A stretch of DNA of 58,482 nucleotides, taken from NCBI GenBank assembly GCA_016840065.1, contig JAEOTB010000018.1, forward strand, positions 1 through 58,482, written 5' to 3'. The notes beneath the pieces are model-generated. The model worked only from the letters and a program-made list of their open reading frames with translations. It was not told where the DNA came from and did no database searches. Made by a program: the position numbers and the translations under genes. The DNA comes from Candidatus Hermodarchaeota archaeon (lineage in GTDB: Archaea; Asgardarchaeota; Hermodarchaeia; Hermodarchaeales; Hermodarchaeaceae). This document shows positions 28,932-38,041 of this stretch, piece by piece. Each line of letters opens with the position of its first letter. Within the stretch, counting starts at the first letter, position 1.

Positions 28932-29624
28932 TTGAGAGCAATGGTATCAGGCGTTCCAGTTAAAGCAGTGTTATTTGATGTCGATGGAGTAACAGTGGAA
29001 AGTGAGCTTCTCCATTGGACTACATTCAATGAAGTCCTTGCACAACTAGGTATCAAAATCACCCAAGAAGATTGGGAAAACCGATTCCTCGGTATGGGCT
29101 CTCTTGACATTATGGAAACACTGTTTTCCGAGAATAAGATAATCGGGGATCCTATTGAATGGGTAACTCTTCGCCGTCAACAATACCAGAAACGTGTAGC
29201 TGAAGGCGCGCTCAATCCCGTTCACGGGTTTCTTGACTTCTACTCGAGTGTTAAAGAAGTAGGGTTAGAAACTGCCTTTGTCAGTTCAGGTGACCCAAGT
29301 AATGTAGCAGCTGCTCTTCGTTCAATTGGGCTAGAAGGCGAAAAGCCAGTAATTGACTCAAGTCATGTACGCCACCTGAAACCCCATCCTGAAGCCTATC
29401 TACTAGCTGCACAACGCTTACAAGTTCCAGCTGCACGATGCCTCTCCTTTGAGGACTCCCCCGCCGGTATTCAAGCTGCCAAAGCTGCTCACATGCAGTG
29501 CATAGCAGTTGCTACTACTAGTTCCCCTAAGGCGCTTCGTGATGCTTCTCTTATCATCCCTGATTTCAGTGAGTGGACAATCACCAAACTGCTTCGTCGA
29601 ATTCGACGAAGAGCTTCACCCTAG
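28932..29624 (+). CDS. HAD-family phosphatase (beta-PGM-like)
   Basis: FDVDGV, SSG, KPHPEAY, FEDSPAGI. Confidence 0.9.
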   Translation: MRAMVSGVPVKAVLFDVDGVTVESELLHWTTFNEVLAQLGIKITQEDWENRFLGMGSLDIMETLFSENKIIGDPIEWVTLRRQQYQKRVAEGALNPVHGFLDFYSSVKEVGLETAFVSSGDPSNVAAALRSIGLEGEKPVIDSSHVRHLKPHPEAYLLAAQRLQVPAARCLSFEDSPAGIQAAKAAHMQCIAVATTSSPKALRDASLIIPDFSEWTITKLLRRIRRRASP

Positions 29625-29640
29625 ATAAGTACTCATTAGG

Positions 29641-31047
29641 TTAGGTGCGCTTGTATCGCTTGATGCCCTTCAGACGACACACCTCGCGTACTAACATATC
29701 GAGGATGTACTCATCACTCTCAATCCCCTTCGGGGCATCGATAATCTTCCGTAATTGCAAGGGTATTCCGTCCATTCGATAAGCTGTCTGGATGCCTTCT
29801 GCCTCAATTCCAACATAAGCAGAGGGGATTACGATGTCTGAGATTTCAGTTGTTGCCGAACGCTTTGGATCAATTGTGATTAAAGGCACTTTCAGCATGT
29901 GTTTTACAGCTGCAGCTGGGAGAGAAGCAGCTGGGTCAGCGGCAACGATGAATACAGCATCGGTTCCACCCCTAGCTAGAACATCAACTGCGCTTGTCTC
30001 GCCAGGCATGTAGTAAGGAGCTCCTGTTTCTAGGCTGACTGAGAAGGGGAAACCGTAGGTCCAAGTACTGACGTGATTTGAACCATTGACATTGAAGTGA
30101 CCCCGCATAGGCATAATCACTGCCTTGGCATGATGATTGAGCTCTGCAGTGAGGTCAATTGCTTGTGTTATGTTGTGATCCTTTCCTTTGCTCTGAGTTA
30201 AGCCCAACCCGAAGAAGATTGCAACGAACTCTGCACTCTTCAGTGTTGCAACAAACTCTCGTACCTTTCGCATTGGAATGCCAGCTACTGATTCCCTTTG
30301 AATTTCTCGTCCACGAAGCATCGCACGAATTACAGCCATGAGTTCGTAATCCTCATTGGGATTGACTTGGATAAACTCTGTGACCTCATCTGAGAATCGT
30401 GTCGGTCGGACATCGATGTGATAGACCTTCCGTTCTCCTTCCTTGCGAAACATGCCTTCAATGAACTGAGAGTATCGGCGGGTATGGCGTGGGTGTGCTG
30501 CGACTGGATTGCAGCCCCAGTAGATTACTACATCAGCATAATTCTTGATTTTACCTAGGGTTGCGGTTCCGATGCCAGCGCGTTGAACTGCTTCAATTCC
30601 AGGACCATGACAAACCGATGATGTATTGTCTACAACGCCGCTACATACTTCAGCTAATTCCAGCGCCTTTACATTAGCCTCGTTTGAGGTGCTTGCAAGT
30701 CCATAAATTAGTGGGCGTCTTGCCTTGGCAAGGATTTTCGCCGCTTCTTTCACAGCCACTTCTAGTGAAACTTGACGCACCTCTGACTTGTCAGGGCCTG
30801 AGCGAAGTTCAGGTTTTAGGATACGGTGCTCATCGCGCAGTTTTAGGAACTTTGTGTGTCCAATGCGGCAAGCGTTCAACGCCTCAATGATTGTACCTTC
30901 TGGTACGCGTGGGAGGGGACCAGTAAGCGTAATCGCTACCTGTATATCATCACAAAGCGCTCCACAGAAAACACACACAACGTTTTTGACGATACGAGCA
31001 CGGGGAGTCGCGAGTATACCTGCAGTTTCTGTCGGATCAGTAGTCAT
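29641..31047 (-). CDS. fwdB: Formylmethanofuran dehydrogenase subunit B (Cys form)
   Basis: CVFCGALCDD, SVCHGP, YWGCNP, HPRH, MRGHFNV. Confidence 0.95.
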   Translation of the reverse strand: MTTDPTETAGILATPRARIVKNVVCVFCGALCDDIQVAITLTGPLPRVPEGTIIEALNACRIGHTKFLKLRDEHRILKPELRSGPDKSEVRQVSLEVAVKEAAKILAKARRPLIYGLASTSNEANVKALELAEVCSGVVDNTSSVCHGPGIEAVQRAGIGTATLGKIKNYADVVIYWGCNPVAAHPRHTRRYSQFIEGMFRKEGERKVYHIDVRPTRFSDEVTEFIQVNPNEDYELMAVIRAMLRGREIQRESVAGIPMRKVREFVATLKSAEFVAIFFGLGLTQSKGKDHNITQAIDLTAELNHHAKAVIMPMRGHFNVNGSNHVSTWTYGFPFSVSLETGAPYYMPGETSAVDVLARGGTDAVFIVAADPAASLPAAAVKHMLKVPLITIDPKRSATTEISDIVIPSAYVGIEAEGIQTAYRMDGIPLQLRKIIDAPKGIESDEYILDMLVREVCRLKGIKRYKRT

Positions 31048-31059
31048 AGCACAATTCCT

Positions 31060-31458
31060 CTATTTTGTAGTTGCTCGAAGCTCAGCAAATAGTTCTTGGA
31101 GAGTAAGCACCTGCTTGCCTGGTGCAGGACTGATTGTTGCCTTAAGCCCTTTCATTGTTGGCATACCGGTGCTGTCCGTTTCAGCACCAATAAGGAGATT
31201 GGCCCATGGACCGTATGGGATAAAGGCTATGCCAGGGCTTGGTCTGGGAGCGACAACTGCTTTTAATATGACGTTGCCATGCTCTGTTTTGACTTCCACA
31301 GTATCTCCAGCTTCTACTCCTATTTTCTCAATATCAGAAGGGTCGAGTCGAACCTGTGTTGTTGACTCGAAATAAACGTCGCTGAGCTTTCCGAGTTCAA
31401 GACCAACTCCTTGTCTTCTAGTTCGACCTGTGAGTAAAATAACTTCCAAGCTAGGCAT
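31060..31458 (-). CDS. fwdD: Formylmethanofuran dehydrogenase subunit D
   Basis: LLTGRT..QG, FIPYGPWAN, TGMPTMKG; start re-called at ATG31458. Confidence 0.93.
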   Translation of the reverse strand: MPSLEVILLTGRTRRQGVGLELGKLSDVYFESTTQVRLDPSDIEKIGVEAGDTVEVKTEHGNVILKAVVAPRPSPGIAFIPYGPWANLLIGAETDSTGMPTMKGLKATISPAPGKQVLTLQELFAELRATTK

Positions 31459-31521
31459 GCAATATACTACTCCTGATAGCATTCGTTTAGCGTCTACCTC
31501 AATAAATCTCTTGCTCAAGTA

Positions 31522-32553
31522 TTAGAGGGTTACAATCCATCCTTTTGTGGTGATAGTGCCGATAACAACCTGGTGTCGTAAAAGTTGTCCCTCTTTATCT
31601 TTCACCTCTTCTAGTATCCCGTGAACTCGTACTCTATCGCCTTGACTTGCACACCCGGCGAAAATCCCTTCGAAAGATTCAACTCGGTTGATCAATGGTA
31701 GCTTCTGGGGTCCTTTGATGATTCTTACGTCATCAATACCGAAAATTACTGGTGCAAACAAGCTTTCACTATCATCTGTGATGGTGGCCAAGAGTTCTAC
31801 AGGTTCTAGAGCAGTGTAGTACTCTTCTCCATATATGCTAGTATTTTCATCATCTGTTCTAGTGGGGTGAAGGTGGAAGGGTGTGCCGTCGATACGGCCT
31901 CTAAGCCAGTGTGGGCAGACTATCTGGTCTTTGTATTTTTCAGGAATCCCAAGAAGTTGAGCTCTCTGGCGCTGCCATCTCTTTATCGCCTTAGAGGAGT
32001 GAGGTTCCAATTCACCCTCATATATTGAATCAGTTGATTCACGAATTCTTCGAGCATAAACGTCACTAAGGACTGTCATGTTAATGTCAGAATATCGTGG
32101 ATTATGAGTTCCCAGCAGAATCGAACCAGTTACGCCAAACTTACTAGCTGGTACACCCGTTGACTCTGAGAACTGGTCTACTAGGCGGATTGTTTTTGCC
32201 TCCAAAGAATCCTTTGCTCCCTCTAGCATTTCAAGAAGCCGTTCTTCTGGAATATAATAGCGAGTAACGCGTTTTCGTGGAACCAAGGGAAGCTCAATTC
32301 CGCGCACATCGCAGAATGATAGGTAGTCAGGATGGTTCTCGCGAAGCCAGCTGGTACCAGCTTGAATTTTTGCTGCGCTGTAAAGGTGAATCATTCTCTG
32401 ATAGCGAATACCTTTTCGTTTCCATTTCCCTTCCTGCCCAGGTCGATACTTGAGGTACACAGTATACTTGTCAGGTGGATGAAGGTACCCAACCACACAG
32501 AAAATCAATCCTTCTGAGGTCTCGACGAAATCTTTGTCCTTAGGCTTTCGCAT
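31522..32553 (-). CDS. Archaeal predicted nucleotidyltransferase (COG1665-like), degenerate DxN motif
   Basis: DFVET.EGLIF.V.G..HP, GVTGSIL...SDIN, C-terminal OB-like region. Confidence 0.8.
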   Translation of the reverse strand: MRKPKDKDFVETSEGLIFCVVGYLHPPDKYTVYLKYRPGQEGKWKRKGIRYQRMIHLYSAAKIQAGTSWLRENHPDYLSFCDVRGIELPLVPRKRVTRYYIPEERLLEMLEGAKDSLEAKTIRLVDQFSESTGVPASKFGVTGSILLGTHNPRYSDINMTVLSDVYARRIRESTDSIYEGELEPHSSKAIKRWQRQRAQLLGIPEKYKDQIVCPHWLRGRIDGTPFHLHPTRTDDENTSIYGEEYYTALEPVELLATITDDSESLFAPVIFGIDDVRIIKGPQKLPLINRVESFEGIFAGCASQGDRVRVHGILEEVKDKEGQLLRHQVVIGTITTKGWIVTL

Positions 32554-33576
32554 CTACACTAACCGCTCCGGGATAAGAAGGTCTTGTGGATTACCGCCAA
32601 GTATGAACCTGGTCCACTGCTCATTCTTTGTAATCACTTCCTCTAAAGCTCCCCTGACAATGGCTATATCCCCTCTTTGGACCTGTTCGCTGAATCGACC
32701 CCTGAAGCTCACAATTTCTTTTACCCTTTTAGCACGAAGTATGCTTACTTCTCGTATTTTGTAACAGCAAGGTGTAAACAACCCTTCTGAGTGGTCTGTG
32801 ATGTGGACTCGCGCTCTGGCATATCCGATTTGTCGATAACAGCGTTCACCGTACTCTTCGTCAACCTCATCCCAATCTAAGACAGCGCGAATGAAATAGT
32901 GTCTCCCGTTGAATGTGCCATGCATTGCCTTTGCTCGGTCGATCTCTAGTGCCTCCTCAAAGGTAATGCCACTGTTCTTCCATCGCAGATTGAAAATCGG
33001 CTGATAGGTGTCTTGGGTATATTCTTTGATTCGATGTTTTTGTGTTTGATGAATCCGCTGTAAAGCTGCCTGAACTGCTAGGGCAGGATGGCGGCCATAA
33101 ACAATGAGGTCGATATCCGAGTCAGCTTCGTGTAAGGCCACCAGAATGCTTCCAGATATCCCCAGCGCAGTCATTTCGATGTCTGCTTCTTTTTGGATTA
33201 TTCTAGCAAGATTGACAGCATCTTCTTGTAGAGCGTCTCTTTTCCCTTGATTCTCGAGTTGTTCTAACACCTCAATGGGCTTGTATACTTGGCTAATTGA
33301 TGATAAGGGAATTCCTTGAAGCATTAGTCCAAATATAGGGTCTTCGTACAGGAACTGAGGATAGTTTTTACGCAGAATATCAAATCGCTCATCAATGTTG
33401 TAGACTTTTCCGTAGGTGCGCCCTGCTCGTATACGAGAACCAGTTTCAAGGGGATAATATCGTAAAAAAGCAACAACTCGGTCTAGTGGGTGGACCAATC
33501 CCTTCACATCGAAAATGAGCCCTTCCAGTGTCTCAATGAAATCACCTTCACGGGCAGTTCGATTTGACATATCCAT
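32554..33576 (-). CDS. Archaeal predicted nucleotidyltransferase (COG1665-like)
   Basis: EGDFIET.EGLIFDVKG..HP, GISGSIL...SDIDLIVYG, SFRGRF. Confidence 0.85.
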   Translation of the reverse strand: MDMSNRTAREGDFIETLEGLIFDVKGLVHPLDRVVAFLRYYPLETGSRIRAGRTYGKVYNIDERFDILRKNYPQFLYEDPIFGLMLQGIPLSSISQVYKPIEVLEQLENQGKRDALQEDAVNLARIIQKEADIEMTALGISGSILVALHEADSDIDLIVYGRHPALAVQAALQRIHQTQKHRIKEYTQDTYQPIFNLRWKNSGITFEEALEIDRAKAMHGTFNGRHYFIRAVLDWDEVDEEYGERCYRQIGYARARVHITDHSEGLFTPCCYKIREVSILRAKRVKEIVSFRGRFSEQVQRGDIAIVRGALEEVITKNEQWTRFILGGNPQDLLIPERLV

Positions 33577-33601
33577 AACCGTAAGTGAAAAATGAACTGG
33601 T

Positions 33602-35041
33602 CTATTTTAATCCCAGTGATGGTAGTAGGAACTCCTCTTCACGCCAACTCCAATAACTACCATTCCACTTCTTTACGATCCGAACCATGCTTCTTGAACC
33701 TTTGCCCTTGTATTGCTGAATCTGTATTACTTCTTGAATTCCCTTCTCTCTTTGTAGCGAGGATAGAAGATGGATAATTGCGCCTAGACATTGACTCGAA
33801 GCTTTTACTCCTATCAAGCAGCCAATATCAGAGGTGGAGGTGAAGACATATGGCATCTGTGAAGCGGCTACGATAAGTAGCTCTGCGATTTTAGGGTCGC
33901 ACCGGATGGCAAAAGTAAGGAAGACAGTCAATAAAGGTGATGCAAAAGTTATGTAAGGTAAAACGGATTTTTCTTGAAGTAGTTTGTTTTTTCTTGTAGA
34001 GACTGTAGTCCGTGGTCTCCTAATTCCAACTTTTGCGAGGCGTGTCATCAGGTTATTTGTTCGAGCTCGTCCATCAGTTGCAAGAAATATTGCTAGATAA
34101 AAGTCCAACTGATCGAACTTTCTCATCTGGGTGTTATGTAGACCTCTAGGCTTTGGTAGTATCTCCCAATTTTCTTTAACGAAATCAATCAATCCAAGTG
34201 TTGTGACATCTCCTTCTATGAGCCAGTCACCCGTTTCGAAATCAAAAGAATCAAAATTGATGGACATATAATTCGCAGTTATATCGTGTATTTGTGTTTC
34301 ATCAAAAAATACATCTTTTAACTTTGTGACCTGTCTTTGAAAAAATCGAAGTGGTCTTGTCTGGTCTGGAATCATAAATGAGGCAAAACCCCGTTGATAT
34401 GAAGCGTCAAAGACTACTGTTTTAATATATGCTGACATCTCCTCTTCGAATAAACTTTCTAGCTTGGGCGTAGCTTCTACTCTTCTTGTTTTGAAACATA
34501 CAACGAAATGCCGCAACCTGAAACGGTGCGAATCCACGAAATGAGTAAATCGAAGCCCTATTTTTTCCTCTAAATCTTTTATTTGGTTTCGCACGGTAGG
34601 TGGACTAACCTCTAACTGTTTAGCTAATTGTAGTGCTGAGTATTCAGGCTGCTTGTATAACAACGAGAGCAGAGCAATCTCTCTACCGTTTAAGGGTTCG
34701 GCGTGTAGAGGAAATAACCCATATATTATGTCCCGTCTTAGTTTTTCGTAGGATGTAATATTGAATCTAATCACAATTCGTAATCGCCTAACTATAGAGT
34801 TGTGTGTACGTTGACGGGGAATAGCAACTAGACCATTTATCCGCGGGTGTTCCTCCAAGCTAAGTTCGGCCTGGGTGAGTGGTATTCTCAGGACGCGTTT
34901 CACATAAACTGCCATGTTGTCAAGTAGGAGGACAATCTCACTCCGTTCTCTTCTTGAAGTAATACTTCTGTCAATTCTGGTCTTGAGGAGTTCGATTAGG
35001 TGCAGCGCTTCTGGTTGTGTCTTCGAATACATAATTGACAA
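33602..35041 (-). CDS. Large winged-helix (tandem Lrp/AsnC-like) transcriptional regulator, paralog A
   Basis: HTH SALQLAKQLEVSPPTVRNQIKDL, second HTH-like segment (PRTTVSTRKNKL); aligns with 39016-40419. Confidence 0.7.
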   Translation of the reverse strand: MSIMYSKTQPEALHLIELLKTRIDRSITSRRERSEIVLLLDNMAVYVKRVLRIPLTQAELSLEEHPRINGLVAIPRQRTHNSIVRRLRIVIRFNITSYEKLRRDIIYGLFPLHAEPLNGREIALLSLLYKQPEYSALQLAKQLEVSPPTVRNQIKDLEEKIGLRFTHFVDSHRFRLRHFVVCFKTRRVEATPKLESLFEEEMSAYIKTVVFDASYQRGFASFMIPDQTRPLRFFQRQVTKLKDVFFDETQIHDITANYMSINFDSFDFETGDWLIEGDVTTLGLIDFVKENWEILPKPRGLHNTQMRKFDQLDFYLAIFLATDGRARTNNLMTRLAKVGIRRPRTTVSTRKNKLLQEKSVLPYITFASPLLTVFLTFAIRCDPKIAELLIVAASQMPYVFTSTSDIGCLIGVKASSQCLGAIIHLLSSLQREKGIQEVIQIQQYKGKGSRSMVRIVKKWNGSYWSWREEEFLLPSLGLK

Positions 35042-35361
35042 AGTGAAACGTTTAAGGAAAAAAGCTTTCTTTCTGACGAAAGCTATTCAACTAATACTTA
35101 TTATTAACCTCCATAATCGAAATAAATCGCCTGTTAGCAGTTTCTAGACGAAAATAGGGCTAAACTGATTGATAAATTGCTTTTTAAGCTATATCACGGC
35201 GTTAAACGCATGAAATCTAATCCTCATATAAAGTAGTTTGTATCAAGTAATTGTGAGGATTGCTTTCCTTAAGAAAGAGGGAAGGAGACCATATTCTCTT
35301 CAATGGAGGGGGAGGCCCATTTGATTCCCAAATAATTAACGGATGATGTGAGGTGAAAAAA

Positions 35362-35403
35362 GTGAATCCACCACCATTAGATCCCAAGCCAGACCCGTGG
35401 TAA
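35362..35403 (+). CDS. Putative 13-aa Pro-rich peptide MNPPPLDPKPDPW
   Basis: GAGGTG SD plus 6 nt plus GTG, the same geometry as bona fide genes at 7034 and 35477; followed by a hairpin. Confidence 0.5.
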   Translation: MNPPPLDPKPDPW

Positions 35404-35412
35404 GCTACCACT

Positions 35413-35429
35413 CCCAAGCTTTGCTTGGG
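35413..35429 (+). terminator. Stem-loop after the peptide ORF
   Basis: CCCAAGC-TTT-GCTTGGG, perfect 7-bp stem. Confidence 0.5.
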
Positions 35430-35476
35430 CAAAAAGACAATCTAGCCTGAATGAAGATCATTTAGAGGTGATAACA

Positions 35477-35719
35477 ATGGTTGAGACACGGTTGAAAGCG
35501 TTTCATAGAGACGCGCGTATAAATGACGCAACTTTGATTGTGTTTGATGTAACAGCTCAAACAGCTGATGAAAGTCTACGGGAGTTAGGAGCAATCAGTA
35601 CGTTACTTATGGACATTGTTCAGGAGGTTTGCGGTTTCACTGGCCCTATCTCTGTTGAAAAACATGTCAATGGTGTACGTATCAGCGTGACAGTAGAGAA
35701 GTCAGAAGATTCCACCTGA
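35477..35719 (+). CDS. Hypothetical protein (80 aa)
   Basis: GAGGTG SD plus 6 nt plus ATG. Confidence 0.65.
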   Translation: MVETRLKAFHRDARINDATLIVFDVTAQTADESLRELGAISTLLMDIVQEVCGFTGPISVEKHVNGVRISVTVEKSEDST

Positions 35720-35733
35720 ATGCCTTAAAGGAT

Positions 35734-36102
35734 GTGAATAGTGTGGCATCTCGTAGAGGAAGTTCCTTGAATCAAGAAGAAGCAAGTGAAACCTCTGATT
35801 TATTGCAGCTTGCATTAGATTTTCTAGAGGGTCGACAAGTGCATTCTTTGGTTCAGCGATTGGGGGAAGTTGCTCTCAAAGATTTGTTTCGGCTCCTTGA
35901 GCGTTTAACATCCTTGGTTAAACGTAATGAACTCCGTCGCGTTCGAGAACTTCTCGTGGAATTAACAATCGTACGAGAAAACACATTACTTCAAGATAGG
36001 TCTGAATATGAAGCGGAGCTTATCAAGACAATCAAGCAATCGGGTAGACTCGGTGAATTCGTAGGCTTAATTCTTACAGGCTCCCAAAAGCTGGATGTAT
36101 AA
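35734..36102 (+). CDS. Hypothetical helical protein
   Basis: Leu-rich helical ORF in an operon with its neighbours. Confidence 0.6.
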   Translation: MNSVASRRGSSLNQEEASETSDLLQLALDFLEGRQVHSLVQRLGEVALKDLFRLLERLTSLVKRNELRRVRELLVELTIVRENTLLQDRSEYEAELIKTIKQSGRLGEFVGLILTGSQKLDV

Positions 36103-36156
36103 TCACACGAGTAGTTCTAGCATCAAGATTTCCTAAAATCTTCGGGAGGGTAATCG

Positions 36157-36525
36157 ATGGTTTCAGTGTTCATAGTTGATGACGAGGAGCTCGTACACCA
36201 AATTTACAAGGCTATCCTTGCACTAGCTGGGCATAGAGTTATTGGAGTTGCCTATAACGGGTTTGAAGCCATTGAGAAACTCAAACAGCTAAAACCACCA
36301 CCGCACATCGTCATTATGGACCATAGGATGCCGCAAATGGATGGGATCTCGGCTACTTCAGAGCTCAAAAGGGTCCTCCCTTTCTGTAAAATTCTCTTTA
36401 TTAGTGCTGACTGTAAAATGAGAACAAGTGAAGCTGGAGCTGACTTATTCTTAACTAAACCTGTGAGTCTAGAAGGGCTGCTTGATGCTGTTCACCAACT
36501 AGCTAGGGGACTAGAGTGTGCGTAA
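36157..36525 (+). CDS. Single-domain response regulator (CheY-like)
   Basis: IVDDE, VIMDHRMPQMDG, KP; close paralog of 10181-10546. Confidence 0.9.
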   Translation: MVSVFIVDDEELVHQIYKAILALAGHRVIGVAYNGFEAIEKLKQLKPPPHIVIMDHRMPQMDGISATSELKRVLPFCKILFISADCKMRTSEAGADLFLTKPVSLEGLLDAVHQLARGLECA

Positions 36526-36540
36526 GCCTCACGAAGCACG

Positions 36541-37146
36541 TCACTTCAAAGCATTGAGGAACGCTTTGATCTCTTCCCCTTCACGTATCGGGATGATTTC
36601 TTGGACTCCAGCCCGTTCAGAATCGTATTTCTGTGCAATGATGAAGCCGGTCTCTTTTTCCTCACTGGTCGAGCCCTTTCCCTGCCAGATATATATCTTG
36701 TTGAATGTATCGAGCAAGTAGACATCATCTGAAGTAAGTGAGGAGCGAGAACGTTTCACTTCATAGAAAAGACTAACATCTCCTTCGATATGAACTCGGA
36801 AAAGTTTGTAGTCCCGCTTCTTTAGCGCAACGCGCCTCAATATTCCTTCTGTATCTTGAGCTGTGACTTCTATACTCCCACCAAAGAGAGCGAGAAATTC
36901 TTTCGGCTCTTCTCCCTGATCTAAGGTAATAAGACGTGTGTGACCCCTCCGTGTCCGATCACCCATCACAGAAGTTATCGCCCCTACAAATTTCTCGTCC
37001 GGTGATGCTGACTTGCCGCACCAGAGATAAATGATGGAACCTGCATCTACTAAATAGACATCGCCCTCGGCAAAATCTTCGATGAGTTCTTCTGGCACTT
37101 TGTGTATTTGGCCCTTTGAAACATGATACTTCGTGAATTTGGTCAT
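36541..37146 (-). CDS. Two-domain gelsolin-like actin regulator (eukaryotic signature protein)
   Basis: Two repeats: GDVYLVDAG..IYLWCGKSASPDEK...QGEEP..F and DDVYLLDT...IYIWQGKGSTSEEK...EGEE...F. Confidence 0.88.
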   Translation of the reverse strand: MTKFTKYHVSKGQIHKVPEELIEDFAEGDVYLVDAGSIIYLWCGKSASPDEKFVGAITSVMGDRTRRGHTRLITLDQGEEPKEFLALFGGSIEVTAQDTEGILRRVALKKRDYKLFRVHIEGDVSLFYEVKRSRSSLTSDDVYLLDTFNKIYIWQGKGSTSEEKETGFIIAQKYDSERAGVQEIIPIREGEEIKAFLNALK

Positions 37147-37240
37147 TGTTGTCACGTCCAAGCTTCTTGCTATCGAGAAGTTTTTATATTCTTCTGATTG
37201 TGCCGCTTAACTCGTCAGACTATTAAGACATAAGCGTTGA

Positions 37241-38041
37241 TTGCCGAAGGATTTGGTTATATTGTTGCAAGCTAACTCCTCTCCAGCCTCTTTCTCAGTG
37301 ATTCCTCTCATAGGTTTGGGTTTTATCAAAGAGGGTGATAATGTTGGTGCATTGATTTGTGCAGCTTGTCGAAAGAATGAGTTTCCCTTGGTAGAAGGTG
37401 ATATTCTGGTGATTGCACAGACTATTGTGTCTAGGGCTGAGGGTGCTATTGTAGATTTAGCTTCAGTTAGACCCTCTCGCCGGGCTAAGAGGCTTGCATC
37501 AAAACTACGTAAACGTCCCGAACTTGTGGAGGTCATACTCCAAGCATCAAAGCGAGTTGTTCGGGCTGAGCAGGGTCACTTGATTGTGGAAACCCCTCAT
37601 GGATTCGTCTGTGCAAACGCCGGTGTTGACTCTTCCAATGTGCATCGCCGAAACCACGTAACACTACTACCTGAAGATCCTGACAGCTCAGCTAGACAGA
37701 TACGAAAAACAGTGAAGGAGGATTTCGGTGTTGATGTTGCAATAATAATTTCAGATACTCACGGTCGCCCTTTCCGGAAAGGCGCAATTAACGTGGCAAT
37801 TGGTACATCAGGAATTGCACCACTGAAGCTTTTCGTTGGTCAACCAGACCTCTTTGGCTATACCCTTCGCTCAACATCGGTGGCTATAGCAGACGAGTTG
37901 GCTTCAGCAGCAGAATTAGTGATGGGAGAAGCGGATGAAGGAATCCCGGTTGTTATCATCCGAGGCTACCAATATGAAAGAGCAGAAAGATCAGCGCAGG
38001 ACTTGGTTCGTGATGCTGATAAAGACATCTTCCGTCGGTGA
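37241..38041 (+). CDS. cofE: Coenzyme F420-0:L-glutamate ligase
   Basis: IVSRAEG, CANAGVDSSN, LLPEDPD, ISDTHGRPFR, ADELASAA. Confidence 0.93.
   Translation: MPKDLVILLQANSSPASFSVIPLIGLGFIKEGDNVGALICAACRKNEFPLVEGDILVIAQTIVSRAEGAIVDLASVRPSRRAKRLASKLRKRPELVEVILQASKRVVRAEQGHLIVETPHGFVCANAGVDSSNVHRRNHVTLLPEDPDSSARQIRKTVKEDFGVDVAIIISDTHGRPFRKGAINVAIGTSGIAPLKLFVGQPDLFGYTLRSTSVAIADELASAAELVMGEADEGIPVVIIRGYQYERAERSAQDLVRDADKDIFRR

Noticed and set aside
29641-31047. Possible selenocysteine in FwdB
   Set aside because: The active-site position reads SVCHGP (Cys) with no in-frame TGA
1820-31458. Interpretation as a methanogen
   Set aside because: fwd/ftr/mch also occur in non-methanogenic archaea; no mcr/mtr here, and the gelsolin points to Asgard
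35217-35432. 71-aa minus-strand ORF in the regulator A spacer
   Set aside because: No SD and no protein-like features; the SD signals in this region are on the plus strand
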